Shown here piece after piece: positions 24,118-36,731 of a stretch of 64,000 nt of DNA (positions are counted from its first letter, which is position 1; every line of letters starts with the position of its first letter). Under the pieces are notes generated by a model. It saw nothing but the letters and a program-made list of their open reading frames with translations, was not told where the DNA came from and did no database searches. The stretch is from Zootoca vivipara. Lineage: Eukaryota. Made by a program: the position numbers and the translations under genes. Location: assembly GCF_963506605.1 (NCBI RefSeq), contig NC_083278.1, positions 64,666,001 to 64,730,000 on the forward strand, in the 5' to 3' direction.

Positions 24118-25156
24118 CAATTTGCACATAGGAACCTGTTTGAAAATGAGTCACAGCCCCAGTCCATCTAGCTCAGTATTGTCTACAAATGACTGGCAGT
24201 GGCTCTCTGGGTTTGTTTGTTTTTAAGACTGGTAACATTGAATGGATCGAAGCAGGGGACTTTGACATGGAAAGCAGAGACCCTTGAATTTAGTTATGGC
24301 CTAAGACGAAAAATAGATATGTGCAATGCTAGATCACCAATGAAGGGGCGGCAATATGGTTTATGTTATTCATGCACATCCTTACATTTCAGAGCAATAA
24401 TAACTTGGGGTAGGAGGGCAAGATTAAGTGGCAGATTAGTGTCATCTCATCGAGCCAAGGAAGGTGACAATTCTTTTACTCACCGGTGGTTTTTTGAGGG
24501 GAAAAGTGAATGGAATGGAAAGGAAAGGAACTAAGCTTCATGCTAGTGTGGTTAAGGGACCTCAACTGGTGAGGGGAATGAGGGTATTTTAGATCTATGG
24601 AATCATCCAAGACCATTGCCAACATGACCACTAGAGGAAACACTGATAGCAGTAGATCTATGTCTGCAATTTTCTGTAGGTGTATCAAAGGCCTGGGCAG
24701 CCAACATTTTCCTCCCCCCCCCCCAGGCAAGAGCACTCTGTTAATGCTCAGAGGCACCTGATTTGGGGGGTATCCCACTTTCCGCCTTGGGATCTGTAGA
24801 AGCAGTGGCATAAGATAGAAAGGGAAGTTCTAATGGGTTACCATGGAGTGGGTGATGAGTAGAATGAGCAGGGGAATAGTCCCTAGTAGCAAATAAAATA
24901 ACCCTGCGGCATACTGCAACTCAAGTAGACCACTTTGTTATATAAAATAAATCATTTTTTAATGTAAATTCTATGAGCAACCACTTATTTTAATATTTTT
25001 TAAAATATTGTTTGAGCCGCACAATGTAAGTCAAAATAAACACATAGGGGTTTCTAATTTTGCCTGTTGAAGAAAAGCTGAGAAGAAAATTGGTACAAAG
25101 AGAGCACCCACGGAGACCAAGTGGAACCATGCTTACTTAAATCTGGAAATACTAAC

Positions 25157-25291
25157 CTTCCATTGCTTATGTAACTTCCTAACAGCTTCCTGAAGAGCAC
25201 GTTGTTCTTGCTCAGGAAGGATATCAGTAAGCTCGTCACAAGCTTTCAGGAAAGCATTTAGCACCCTCTGGTCCAAGCGACTGAAAAAATC
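25157..25291 (-). CDS. SYNE1: SYNE1 exon (~ex25) DFFSRLDQRVLNAFLKACDELTD...LHKQWK
   Basis: 135 nt, AG/GT. Confidence 0.95.
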
Positions 25292-25490
25292 CTGATGTTG
25301 AAAAATAATAGTACATAGTGATAACATTACTACTTTGCTAGGGAAAACACACAACTGGTAACAAAATCTCAGACTAAAGGAGGAAGGTGGTATTCTTGTT
25401 GAGGCTGCTTTTATGAATGGCATCTGAGCCTATGTTGTACAAACCTGCAGAAAAGCATGGCCAATACAAATACTTCATATCACTAGGAGC

Positions 25491-25580
25491 CATAGCTGTC
25501 AAGTTCTCCCTTTTTTAAAGGGAAATTCCCTTATGCTGAACAGGCTTCCTCGCGAGAAAAGGGAAAACTCGACAGCTATG
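25491..25580. mobile_element. 90-bp hAT-like MITE
   Basis: TIR catagctgtc / gacagctatg; 8-bp TSD ctaggagc/ctaggaac; second copy at 34212. Confidence 0.82.
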
Positions 25581-25872
25581 CTAGGAACTTAGGACATGTG
25601 TGACTATTTTGGTGTTGTGATGGTAATAATGATAATGATAATGATAATAATGATAAATTATTACAATAATGAAGTAGTAGCCTCATCAAGAAACAAGATT
25701 CCACATCACCACTTTCCTCTAAATCTTTATTGGCAGGAAACGGAGCTACATAATTTATATTACTAAGTTCCATATAAAATGTCCCTTGTGCCACTCACCC
25801 CAGTCCAGCTACACAAACCCCAAGCATTACTCAGAATGGGAGGCCAGTTTTTATTTCTCACATAGCTGCTCA

Positions 25873-26020
25873 TGTTACAGGTAGGTAGCCGTGTTGGTCT
25901 CCCGTAGTCAAAACAAAATTAAAAAGATATCTGAAGAAGTGTGCATGAACACGAAAGCTCATACCAATAACAAACTTAGTTGGTCTCTAAGGTGCTACTG
26001 GAAGGATTTTTATTTTATTT
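25873..26020. mobile_element. Penelope-like terminal-repeat remnant
   Basis: gtagccgtgttggtc...ctgaagaagtg...cacgaaagctcata...ttagttggtctctaaggtgctac motif. Confidence 0.55.
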
Positions 26021-26090
26021 TATAGCTACTCATGGGAATTCTCTTTCAAGCTATGGGGGAAAGATGTGGGTGGGCAGCTATATGCAAGTA

Positions 26091-26456
26091 AAGGTAAAGG
26101 TAAAGGGGCTCCTGACCATCAGGTCCAGTCGTGTCCTTCTCTGGGGTTGCGGCGCTCATCTTGCTCTATAGGCTGAGGGAGCCAGTGTTTGTCCGCACAC
26201 AGCTTCCGGGTCATGTGGCCAGCATGACAAAGCTGCTTCTGGCGAACCAGAGCAGCGCACAGAAACGCCGTTTACCTTCCCGCCGGAGCGGTCCCTATTT
26301 ATCTACTTGCACTTTGATGTGCTTTCGAACTGCTAGGTGGGCAGGAGCTGGGACCGAGCAACAGGAGCTCACCCCGTTGCAGGGATTTGAACCGCTGACC
26401 TTCTGATCAGCAAGCCCTAGACTCTGTGGTTTAATCCACAGCGCCACCTGGGTCCC
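26091..26456 (-). mobile_element. Sauria SINE
   Basis: Full length; TSD tatgcaagta at 26081-26090 and 26461-26470. Confidence 0.9.
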
Positions 26457-26780
26457 TATGTATGCAAGTACACACCAACTTTCTGTTTTGAGTAACAGGT
26501 GGTACACTGATTTGTGCAATTTGGTACACAATGGTGTGAGGTTAATTTTGTCCTCTCCCCACAGGCAGAAATTTGCCTGCAGCAGGAAAAGGTATTGCAT
26601 CAATCATATCCTAACTTATGGGTCTGGAGCAGCTTAATTTTCAATTTCACTAAAATCAGCATTTTCAGAAATTATATCCTGTCACATACAAAGATGTAAA
26701 GGCTTGCTTTATTGTAATTCCTAAATATACTTTGCTATCAGCTGAATAGGATCATGTCGAAAATCAGAGTTTATACTCAC

Positions 26781-26945
26781 AGTATGTTTTCTGAGAAGTT
26801 CTTCAGGTCTGCCTTTTTCCTTTAGGCAACGATGTGCTATCTGTAGAACATTTTCTAATTCTGTTCTGGATTCCTCAAACTGCTTCATCAAACGACTGTT
26901 TGCCTCCACATTTTTCTTCCAGTCACTTGTCTTCTTGACCATATT
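26781..26945 (-). CDS. SYNE1: SYNE1 exon (~ex24) NMVKKTSDWKKNVEANSRLMK...EELLRKHT
   Basis: 165 nt, AG/GT. Confidence 0.95.
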
Positions 26946-26985
26946 CTTTGTAAATGAAAACAGAAAAAGATAACAATTACTCTAG

Positions 26986-27106
26986 GGGTGGTATGCAACT
27001 AAGTTTTACTCAGACTAGACCCACTGGAAAAAAATGAACTGAAATGAAGTTATCTCCATTAATTTAAATAGGTCTACTTTAAGTAAAACTTAGTTGGATA
27101 TCACCC
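26986..27106. mobile_element. Small palindromic MITE-like repeat
   Basis: gggtggtatgcaactaagttttact...agtaaaacttagttggatatcaccc inverted arms; related remnants near 6163-6885 and 51793-51880. Confidence 0.6.
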
Positions 27107-28221
27107 TAGTTTTCATGATCATGTTACTCTACTCCAAATGCAACAAAACAAAATGATGAACATTTCCCTGTTTCCTTTTTAGCATTTCTTTAATAAGAAG
27201 CTTTGGAAGAATATGACTTCTATGAGGGTGGGTTCGATTTAGTCTGCTTTAATATGCACATGGCCTGAAAACTGGGTATTTTCAGAGCTATAGTGCTTAA
27301 ATCATCAATGGGAAACTAAACAGGGCAAAATCAGATACGACCCACAATTTGCTAACACGCCAATACTGTATCTAAAAAGTAATAGTTCTGAAAACCTAGT
27401 TTAAACTGGCAGTGCCTCCTAAGTCCCCAGACCTTCTCTTTCTCTCTATCACAATCACCTGCAATACCTGAAACTGCCTCAATTTCAAACTGCAGTTACT
27501 GGGACCAGCACAGTGGTGAAAGGCAGAACCAGAAACACTGAAAGAGAAGGATGAATATTTATCCCTGTCCTCTCAAGTCAGTGGTTTACTGCTTAGGACC
27601 TAGTGGCCCTTGTGGAATAAAATGCTTCCCCAAAGGCCACTGGACCTGCACAGCATGTCTCCCTTTCTCTCATCATGAAGGAGCCACTGCCACCTGCCCC
27701 AGTAAGTACAGTTCAAGGAGGAAAGGGTTTTGGTGGCCGGGGAGAAAGCAAAAGGTTAGGCACCTCTCCTCCACTGGACCACCATTCCAAATTTTCATCT
27801 CCTGAAGCAGCTTGCCTTTGGAAAAAAAATATGCATGTCACTTGTTGCTAGGTTCTCCAGCTGCTTCCTTCTCTACTCTTGTCATCTAACCTGCATTTTC
27901 ATTTCTACAGCATAATTTGGCAAGGTTTTTTCCAAAATTTATCAGACTCAGACAATTCCAGGAAAAATCTTTTTTGTGTAATCATAGAACTAAAAGGTAA
28001 CTCGGAGGCTGCCTAGTTCAACCTCTCAACTAAATGCAGAATCTGTGATGCTGCATCTCCTAACAGATAGATGCCCAGCCTCTGCTTTCACACCTGAAGC
28101 TGCCTTATTTGGCGTTATCTGGGTGGCTTTGGCTTTCTTCTCAGACATTTGAGATGAAGGCTCAGATCTTTCATGCTGGGAGTGCTGCAGAATGGACCAA
28201 CCTCCTCTCACAACAAATTAC

Positions 28222-28380
28222 CTGAAAAGCAGCTTGTATTTCTACTACTTTCTTTTGAAGCACCGAAAGATTGAAGTGGTGTAACACCTTACTTGAAGTC
28301 ACAAACTTCACAATGGTCTGACTATTTCTTTCAATTAGTGATATGGCTTTCTTGCAATTTTCTTGATAAGCTACTAGATC
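28222..28380 (-). CDS. SYNE1: SYNE1 exon (~ex23) DLVAYQENCKKAISLIEK...EIQAAFQ
   Basis: 159 nt, AG/GT; not in the ORF track. Confidence 0.93.
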
Positions 28381-30000
28381 CTAAAAGAAAATGAAAAATG
28401 AAAGCAAAATTAAAAGTGTTTTTACCCTAAGGAAAACTAAACACCGGAAGTCAAAATAACAGCAGTCCCAAACCAATATATCCATGTGGTATATCCACCC
28501 TTTTTTTTAACACAATAATAATGAGTGAATTTATCCTTAAAATACAGAAGTTGCAGTAGTATCATTTCACAAAAATTAGATGTTATTTATTATTTTGCAA
28601 ACATTTTTTAAAGGTCGTAGTCCTGTGTGAGTTTTATGTGTAATGAAGTACCAATGTTTTCAAATAGCTCTTGAGCATTTGCAATGAAACAGGATTGACC
28701 ATCTATTGGCCTTTTAATGTAAATTTTAGTTGTTAAAATATTGTAACAGAAGATCCATTGATACTCATTAAATGCTCCAAGGATATTTTCCTATGTAAAT
28801 ATGTTACATTTATGACAAACCCATATTGTGGGCTTATTAGCATTCAGAAAGCAATTTCTGTGTCATATGGAAAATTCAAAAGTAACATTAGTTATGCATG
28901 TCTCAGCAGGTGACTAAGGCGGCAGTTTTAAAAGCATCTTGTATATAATTGAGCCCCAGTAAAATCAAGTGGAAGGCTACCTTTGAGTGAATATACTTAG
29001 GATCATCATATGTATGTTCCTCAGTCTCTATCTCTGCATTCCCCAGAAGATAAAGAAGCACATCAAAACAAAAAATAAAAGGCACTCAGCAAGTAGGATC
29101 CATTAAATTTTAATAATTATCGTTTAAAACATCACCAGAAGTAAGGTGGTGCCTTAAGTGTTTTAGAAAGTACCATTATTGTAATTTTTTTTGCAAAGAT
29201 CAGCAGTTTGGAATAATCTGGCAGGTATGGTTTAATTATGATTCCTCCAAAGTAGGATTATCTCCTGAAGCAGAGCCTGTGGTAGAGGTAACTTGCTTAC
29301 CAGACAATTTTAATGTCATATTCCTTTGATTCCTTACAAAGATTTACTAATGATAGACAAAGACTTCTAATGATAGCAGATGAGATTCCTGGGTTCTAAC
29401 AGAAGTGTGTGATAGCTGCATAGGTCAAAGAGCTGCATATTGCTTTAATAAGGATAGATTCATAACATTGTATGCAGTGAGAAGAATAATATATTTTTCA
29501 TTGGTGCACAGGGTTGCTGTCTAAGCTTGCAAAGGTGACTTCTACTTCCAACACTCTGCACTCAACACACTATTTATGATAACGTGTAGATGCATGGCTG
29601 CTTTCCACTGCCATGTAAGTGCACAGATATTTTGGAGTAGTGAGAAAAACTCACAATATTAGTGTGATGAATGCAAAAATGAATGTCTGTTCCCCAAGGT
29701 CTCCGGTTAAGAGATCTTTCCTGGCTCTGCTATCTGAGATGCCAGGGATTGCACATGCTATACCACTGAGCTAGCCCCCCTTCTTCAATCATATGTTGAA
29801 GTCAATGGAAAAACTGGGTCGGTGCCAACTATATAAGGTGAGCTTCAGTTCCATGCAATCTAAAGTGACTTTTGTGTTGCCTAGAGTGGATTATCGAGTG
29901 CATTCTTACAGAGCTGAAACTGCCTCATGGAGCAAAACATCAATCTTTTTAGTATACTGTTCAAGTGAATCTCCCCTTTGAGCATTCATGGAAGAAATAC

Positions 30001-30174
30001 CTGATGTTGCTGTTTAAAAACATCGGCAGGCTGGACTTCGGGGTCTAGGACAGAAATAATTTCATTGACTTTCTCAAGAGATTCATAAAAATTTGTAATT
30101 TGCTTCTCCAGTTCTTCCAGGTGAGGAAGCAGCTGCTGAGATTCATAGAGCACAACCGGACAAGTGCCATCTAC
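30001..30174 (-). CDS. SYNE1: SYNE1 exon (~ex22) VDGTCPVVLYESQQLLPHLEELEKQ...FKQQHQ
   Basis: 174 nt, AG/GT. Confidence 0.94.
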
Positions 30175-30624
30175 CTGAGAAATATATATATTCATATTAT
30201 TGCATATTGTGCATTTTAAAGCAAAATGGGCCTGATAATGCATCTTTATTCCCTTACCACCAACATAAAAGGTTTAAAATAGTAACAGGTTCCTATATTA
30301 TTATTCACTTTATGTTGACTTTAATATGTAGTCATTAAATTATCATTAGAACATTTGTGTGGGTGAGATGTCATTTTACTGTCTTATATTCCACATCAGC
30401 TTCTCTCTCCCACACGTTTCTCTGTCCTACCCTTTTAGCCTCATTTTACCTGCCATCCTTGCCTGATTTCCTTTTTGATAGGGTAAGTAATACTGTAATC
30501 CTAGAGGCACTCATCTGGGAGAAAGTCCCACTGAATTCTCTGAGACTTACTTCCAAGTAGGCATGCATGTCAGTCCTAGCCTTATATCTAAGCCTTAGAC
30601 CATCTTCAACAATTGCTTGAATAC

Positions 30625-30768
30625 CTTGCCGAGCTGTCCTTTGATTCCTGACATAGTTGCAAGCATTTCATTGACTTCTTCTGGTGGAAGTTCCTTGGTA
30701 ACCAGTTGTGCTGTCCTTGTAACCATCTTGTACTGAGATTCCATCACAGGCACTTTCTGTTTAATATC
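30625..30768 (-). CDS. SYNE1: SYNE1 exon (~ex21) DIKQKVPVMESQYK...IKGQLGK
   Basis: 144 nt, AG/GT. Confidence 0.94.
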
Positions 30769-31260
30769 CTGCAACAAATAGTTCAGCAGTGACTATGTAT
30801 GTAGGTATGCACTTTCTTTTTATACAGTGACTGTCCAGCTAGTTGTAGGTGCAAGATCTACTCTGAGTAAAACTTAACACTACCTCTGTACCACCATTAT
30901 AATGACTACACTACACCAGCTCGTCCTGGTTCTCATGTAAGCAAGGGAGAAATACAATGAAAAGTGCAATATTTGCAAGGAAAGAAAGTACCAGAAAACC
31001 AGAATATATAAACTGATGCCCCAGCTAAATAAGGCTCTGCCCTAGAGGATGCCCTCTTCCATAAACCCTGGGGAATGCCCTTGGTACAACAGGCAGGACA
31101 GGACAGAACACAAGGAAATAATAGTTGGGTGAACTAAACCCCAGTCCCCCAACACTCTGGACCATTGTGGGAGGTGGTGCAAAACGTCACCTTGCTCTCT
31201 CCATTGTCTCAACCCTGAATGTTTAAATAATGTTCTCTGCTGGAAGAAAAAGAAACTTGC

Positions 31261-31413
31261 CTCTATTTCTTGAACAAACATTTTCATATTTAGAAAGGAC
31301 ACTTCTAATGGAACACGGAATTTCCTCTTTGCTTGATCAGTGAAAGCAGACAAGGCAGCTACACCATCCAAATATTCTTTTCTCATTCTGTCTAATTCAT
31401 CAGCCCGAGCATA
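31261..31413 (-). CDS. SYNE1: SYNE1 exon (~ex20) YARADELDRMRKEY...MFVQEIE; GC donor
   Basis: 153 nt; AG acceptor, donor GAG|gcaagt (GC-AG intron). Confidence 0.9.
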
Positions 31414-32058
31414 CTATGAAAGCAGATAAAACAGATGGTCAATAGAACACTGACTGGTTCAGGAGCAAATGCTTGCATTTCATTCAGTATTATTTTTAGA
31501 ACTCTGCAAAGTGATATTTTCGCATTGAAAATAGTATTAAGTAACATGCACATCTTTACGGTGGCGTAGGAAGGAGGGTGCAGTGGCTGCAGACCACCTC
31601 AGGTGTCATCACTGAGGGGGGGGGGGGTGTTCAGTCAACAAACGCAACGAAACGCGGCTGAACTTGACGCTGTGTAGTGGAGAGCGTATGGATATGGACT
31701 CACTCAGGCTCAGGCATCGCCCTTAAAGGCAGAGGCCAAGCGGGGAAAGCAAGCCATCCCACAAGTGTTTGGGAGCTGTGCCACTTCTCTCTTCGCTGCC
31801 ACGCACTCTGTATCTCTTAAGCACCTACACTCGGTATTCACGGGCTTCTTTTCCTGAGTAATGGGTTGTGTTTTTGAAGTTGCAAACAAATTAACATGGT
31901 GACCATTTCCTCCTTCTCTCTCTCTCTCTGTGCCCCCTTTCACCTTTCCACATCTCCCCGCTTAACTGTTTCCTGCCTTTGGGAAGTGATTTTGCCCTTT
32001 CGGCTCCTTTTTGTGTCAATGGGTAACAACTATGGAACAAAAACCACCAAGGACATAC

Positions 32059-32223
32059 TTGCTTGACTTGCATAAATAACTCTCTCCATCGTCCATTCAG
32101 CAATAGCAGCTGTTGTTTTAAATCTCTGGAAATGGTCTCATCACACGTTTCGATCAGAAAATTGCCAGCATCATTCATAGCAGTGTGCTGCTGAATCCAC
32201 TGTGGTAAATGCCGGAAGAAGTC
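32059..32223 (-). CDS. SYNE1: SYNE1 exon (~ex19) DFFRHLPQWIQQHTAMNDAGNFL...WRELFMQVKQ
   Basis: 165 nt, AG/GT. Confidence 0.95.
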
Positions 32224-32830
32224 CTAAGAAGAACACAACTAGCAATGAATTCTGAAAATGTAAACAAAAACCTTACACCACTTATTAAAGCATCATTTGG
32301 TTTCCTCCTTATTTCCCTTTACAACTCGTCTGGCAATGTCTGTTTTCTGTATGTTGTAAAAAACAAAATAACTTTTGGTACCTATTTATGGGGGCAGGGA
32401 GTCATCATTAAAACTACCCAAATGAAGTTTTGAGACACTGAGGTTCAACCTTGCTTTATTTACAGTTCAAGCTTCAACAAATACACTTGCCTTGATAAGA
32501 ATAGATAAATAGCTAACCTTCTTCCAAACTTTGAAGCTATACAAAGGTGAACAAGAGCAGCTGTGAGGTGACCCCAACCTCTTCAACTTCATAGTGGGGA
32601 GAAAGGTTGAGGACAGTTTGGCAGCCGTGTGGCCAAAGCACTCAAAGAACCTTGGAGATTGTGTAGGACTAAACTGGCAAAAAAAGCCACTAAATATTTA
32701 CTGCCTTCTAAAGGGAAGCATGGGGGCACCTATGCAGAAACTGTACATATCAGAGTTTCCATGTGTGTAAGGAGATCCTGGACCAGGCTGATCTATAAAG
32801 ATATTTTAATCTATCTAGCATGATATTTTA

Positions 32831-32883
<53 letters not shown>

Positions 32884-32945
32884 CCTCTCATCTATCTATC
32901 ATCTATCTACCTCTCATCTATCTATCATCTATCTACAGTAATCTA

Positions 32946-32993
<48 letters not shown>

Positions 32994-33000
32994 CTATCAT
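32831..33000. repeat. Compound (TCTA)n / GATA tetranucleotide repeat
   Basis: Direct reading. Confidence 0.95.
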
Positions 33001-33616
33001 CTTTTTGCAGAGAAATGCAACAAGTTGACCACGTGCAATAATGCAGCCTTCAGCAAACTATGATAATAAATTATTTCCACTACCTATTTCTTTCCATATT
33101 CTGAGCCTTGACTTCTTTCAAAGCTAATCTTCTGCTCACTCTTATCGGAGGATCTAAGCATACAGCAGCTTCACTACTGTTGGTGCTGCATCTAGGTATA
33201 TGTGCCACCTCTTTCCATCTCCTCTCTTTGGGAGACAATGCCAGACCCATCTCTACCTCTGAATCCTCCTGCCCTGCAAGGATGCCAACTTGAATAAAAT
33301 GTTGCGGGGAGGGGCAGGTAAGCAATCACATGACATGGCACATCTGAATGGCAGTACTCATCAACTTTGGGGGGCACTGGCCCCCTCAAATATTTTATTT
33401 GTTGTCTCCTATGCTGCCCTGTAACATCTAGCTTGCCCCTTTTCCAATAGTTGACCGAATCTATTGAAGCTAATTACTTGTTTTGTTAGCAAATGCACGC
33501 TGATCCACATGTGTCCAGTGCTTCTGTGCTTAACGTTCTCTGGATCAGGGTCCCTGTTAAACAGTGGCAAAGAGCACACACAGACACTATACCATTAATC
33601 AAAGAATGTTCCTTAC

Positions 33617-33819
33617 CTTTTTGGCATGTTCAGAGTGATTCAGCATTTTTTCGGCATCTTCTAGCCAGGCTTGCAGACTGGCCACTGTGCTGCTATATCG
33701 GTCCCAGTTAGCAATGACTTCTTCTAACATGCTTCTCACACTTCTCACCTCTACTGACAAGTGCCTCCACTGTGTTGTTGTCTCATTCATGAATCTCATA
33801 ACACTTTCTATCTCTTCAG
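33617..33819 (-). CDS. SYNE1: SYNE1 exon (~ex18) EEIESVMRFMNETTTQWRHL...NHSEHAKK
   Basis: 203 nt, AG/GT. Confidence 0.95.
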
Positions 33820-34099
33820 CTGAAATACAGTACTGGACTTTAACATAAATCTTAACCCAACTGAAATGAGTATTCCCAGAGCTGCAACTTTTAATCCATT
33901 AACCAATTCTAAAACTTTTGATTGGCCCCAAACTGTGCCCTGGTTAACTGGGCAGTAGTGTTTTGCTTTTGTTTTCAATATTTAACCTGGTACAGATGAA
34001 AATGGCATATGGTGAGCAGCATCTTTAAAGAAGTATCCCTCCTTCTCCCTAATGCATGGGGGAATAGAATGTTGCTTCAAATATTATGTCTGCTACAAC

Positions 34100-34334
34100 C
34101 AGTGCTATTTTTCTAGAAAAAGAGGTGCCGGAACTCACCATGAATGCCTCCCTTGTTCTCTTATAATGGCAATGGAACCCCACCTGAGAGGTGTCGGAAC
34201 TGAGTTCCTGTCATAGCTGCCAAGTTTTCCCTTTTCTCGCGAGGAAGCCTATTCAGCATAAGGGAAAATCCCTTAAAATAAGGGATAACTTGGCAGCTAT
34301 GGTTCCCGTGAGTTCCAGCTGAAAAAAACCCCTG
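34100..34334. mobile_element. hAT MITE containing a nested 90-bp MITE (34212-34301)
   Basis: Outer TSD gctacaac/gctacaaa; inner TSD gttcctgt/gttcccgt. Confidence 0.8.
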
Positions 34335-34779
34335 GCTACAAAAACACACATGCATTCACAATCTCAAAACAGAGTGTACTTTTTTTTACTTCAGAGCTAT
34401 TGCTTTAGATCATATGTAAATTTAATTAATTCTGCCACCCCTAATGGCTTAAAAATATGAGCTGGCATGGTTGATTCACCACTAGGGTTGCTTAATTTCC
34501 AGGCAAAGGGTTTGCTGGTTTCTCTTTAAGGTTTCCAGACTCAAAAGAGAGCAGGGCAATTAAAGGCACAGAAGTCCTGTCCTCTATTGAGTCTGGCAAT
34601 TCTATTCACCACACCCCCATGATGTTAAAGGGAGGGATTTTTTTTTTAATGGAAAATGGCAGGGAGTGGGGAGGAGGCAGGAGAGAATAATCTACTTCAC
34701 CACCCAACTCCATAGGAAATTCTCTTTTTTTGCATTTACTGTATAAAACATTCCCTAGTGCTCAGTAATTGCTACAATA

Positions 34780-35014
34780 CCGTGTTTCTCATATTATAAG
34801 ACATGTCTTATATTTATTTTTTCCTCAAAAAAACACACTATGGCTTATTTTCAAGGGATGTCTTATTTTTTTCCTCCTCCTCCTGCCGCAGCCGGCATTG
34901 CTGCTGCGCCTATCACTATGTCTTATTTTCGGGGTATGGCTTATATTCCTTGAATGCTTAAAAATCCTGCTATGGCTTATTTTATGGGTATGTCTTAAAA
35001 TATGAGAAACAGGG
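34780..35014 (-). mobile_element. Tc1/mariner-superfamily MITE, short form (inverse of 6180-6415)
   Basis: TA flanks; closely matching reverse complement of the 6180 copy. Confidence 0.87.
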
Positions 35015-35661
35015 TAACTATACAACGCCAGTAGTATTCTTACTCCTAGCCTTACTGCAGGTGAGGGACTGGGCTATATGATTCTTATTTATCCTAAAGT
35101 CTAGTTCTTAAAAATACAACCAAGAAAAAGGAAACGGTCTTTGCTATATCAATGCAACCTTAAGGCTAAGAATTCAAGCACTTTGTACAAACAATAAAAT
35201 AAGTAAGGAATATAACAGTGCATTTGTTCATTTCTTATACAATGCTGGCCTATGGATTCACAGAAATCTGTTTATCAAACAAGGAAGCAGAAAGCCACAT
35301 CAATTTCTCTGTACTAAGGGTAGAACATGTGGATGATACAGCTGCCTGAAATCAACAATGATACACCCATTAAATTACTAGCTGTTACCTATAATGCTGT
35401 CAAGGGACTCCTATGTTTTGCTTAGGGATTGCGTGCTTCCATATGCTTCAGTGCAAAACTAGAGAATGCCTACTGTGTTATTGCCAAGAATGTTGCTTTG
35501 AATTTTCTTCATCTAGTTGATCTTCTAGTTGTTAATTTGTACACTGAACTCTAATTTTGTCATGTTCCAAATTGCTTAGCAACAGTTCAGCTTGATCATA
35601 CAGCAAAAATGGAATCCAGAAGCACTTTAATCTGATGCCAAACAAATATATTGTTACTTAC

Positions 35662-35758
35662 ATGAGCCATTAGCTCTGGCATACATCTCAGCTGCCTTTT
35701 TCAAGATTTGGTATGTAACTTCATACTGCTCAAAAAATTTGTTATTTTCTATGACAGA
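35662..35758 (-). CDS. SYNE1: SYNE1 exon (~ex17) SVIENNKFFEQYEVTYQILKKAAEMYARANGS
   Basis: 97 nt, AG/GT. Confidence 0.94.
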
Positions 35759-36553
35759 CTGAAAGAAAAAGAGAGAGAATGCAAATGATATTGATACAAC
35801 GTATGGGGAAATAAACATTACCTACATTTTCATGTATGTTAAGAATTATGTCTGATTTCATCTTTCTCTATTAGCTTATAAAATGAAATGTGGAAATGCT
35901 TCTGAACATTAATAAACTTTACACCATCATCAAAAAGTGCATTACTTTGTAAAATATCAAATGAGGATTTCAATAATCATTGAGCACAAATTATTAGTTA
36001 TTGAAAGGTGTCACAATTAGGGATTGGGATGTCATTCAGATTAAATGAGTGACTGTTTTATCATGCACCAGAGACCTGCTCCATCTAATTTAATTTGTTA
36101 AATTTCCATTTTACATTTTAGACTATTCACTTAAACCACCTTAAAATACCAATGACTTCCCTTCCTATCTTTGCATGATTCATTTTGCACAACATAAATC
36201 CCTGCATATTTTATATAAACAAATCCAGTACTGTCTATAGTAATGTGAGCAGATTCGGGAATGGGACGAGAGTAGGAGAGGGAAGCTACCACTTGTGCTA
36301 ATTGTTGCATTGGCACAAAAATGTTTGTTGAATACTGCCCCATATCCATTCAAATATCCTGTTGAATTCGATGGATCTTACTTCAAAGTTAAATAAGATT
36401 TGGCTTGCACAGAAATGAATGGAGAAAAGAGAACATTGGCGAGATGAGTGGCATGTTTGCAACTACAAAATGCAACTTGGCTGTACTAGTAAACTCTTCT
36501 AGTGTCAACCTATTAACTTCACGTGTTAGCAACTGTAAATGATATGTTGCACT

Positions 36554-36731
36554 CAGGGCCGTCTTAAGCATGTCGGGCGTCCTGGCGCCGTGGTGTGGAG
36601 ATCGCTCCGGCGCCCCCGCCCCGCCCCGTTTCTTGCCGCGGCTGGTGGGCAGGTGCGCCACGCGGCGCCCCCCTGACAGCCTGGCGCCCTGGCGCCCTGC
36701 GCCACCCAGCCTTCCCCTAGAGCCGGCCCTG
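36554..36731. mobile_element. GC-rich hAT MITE
   Basis: TIR cagggccg / cggccctg; perfect 8-bp TSD gttgcact. Confidence 0.85.

Noticed and set aside
32831-33000. Regularly repeated array as a possible CRISPR-like structure
   Set aside because: Simple GATA microsatellite with no spacers, in a eukaryotic intron.
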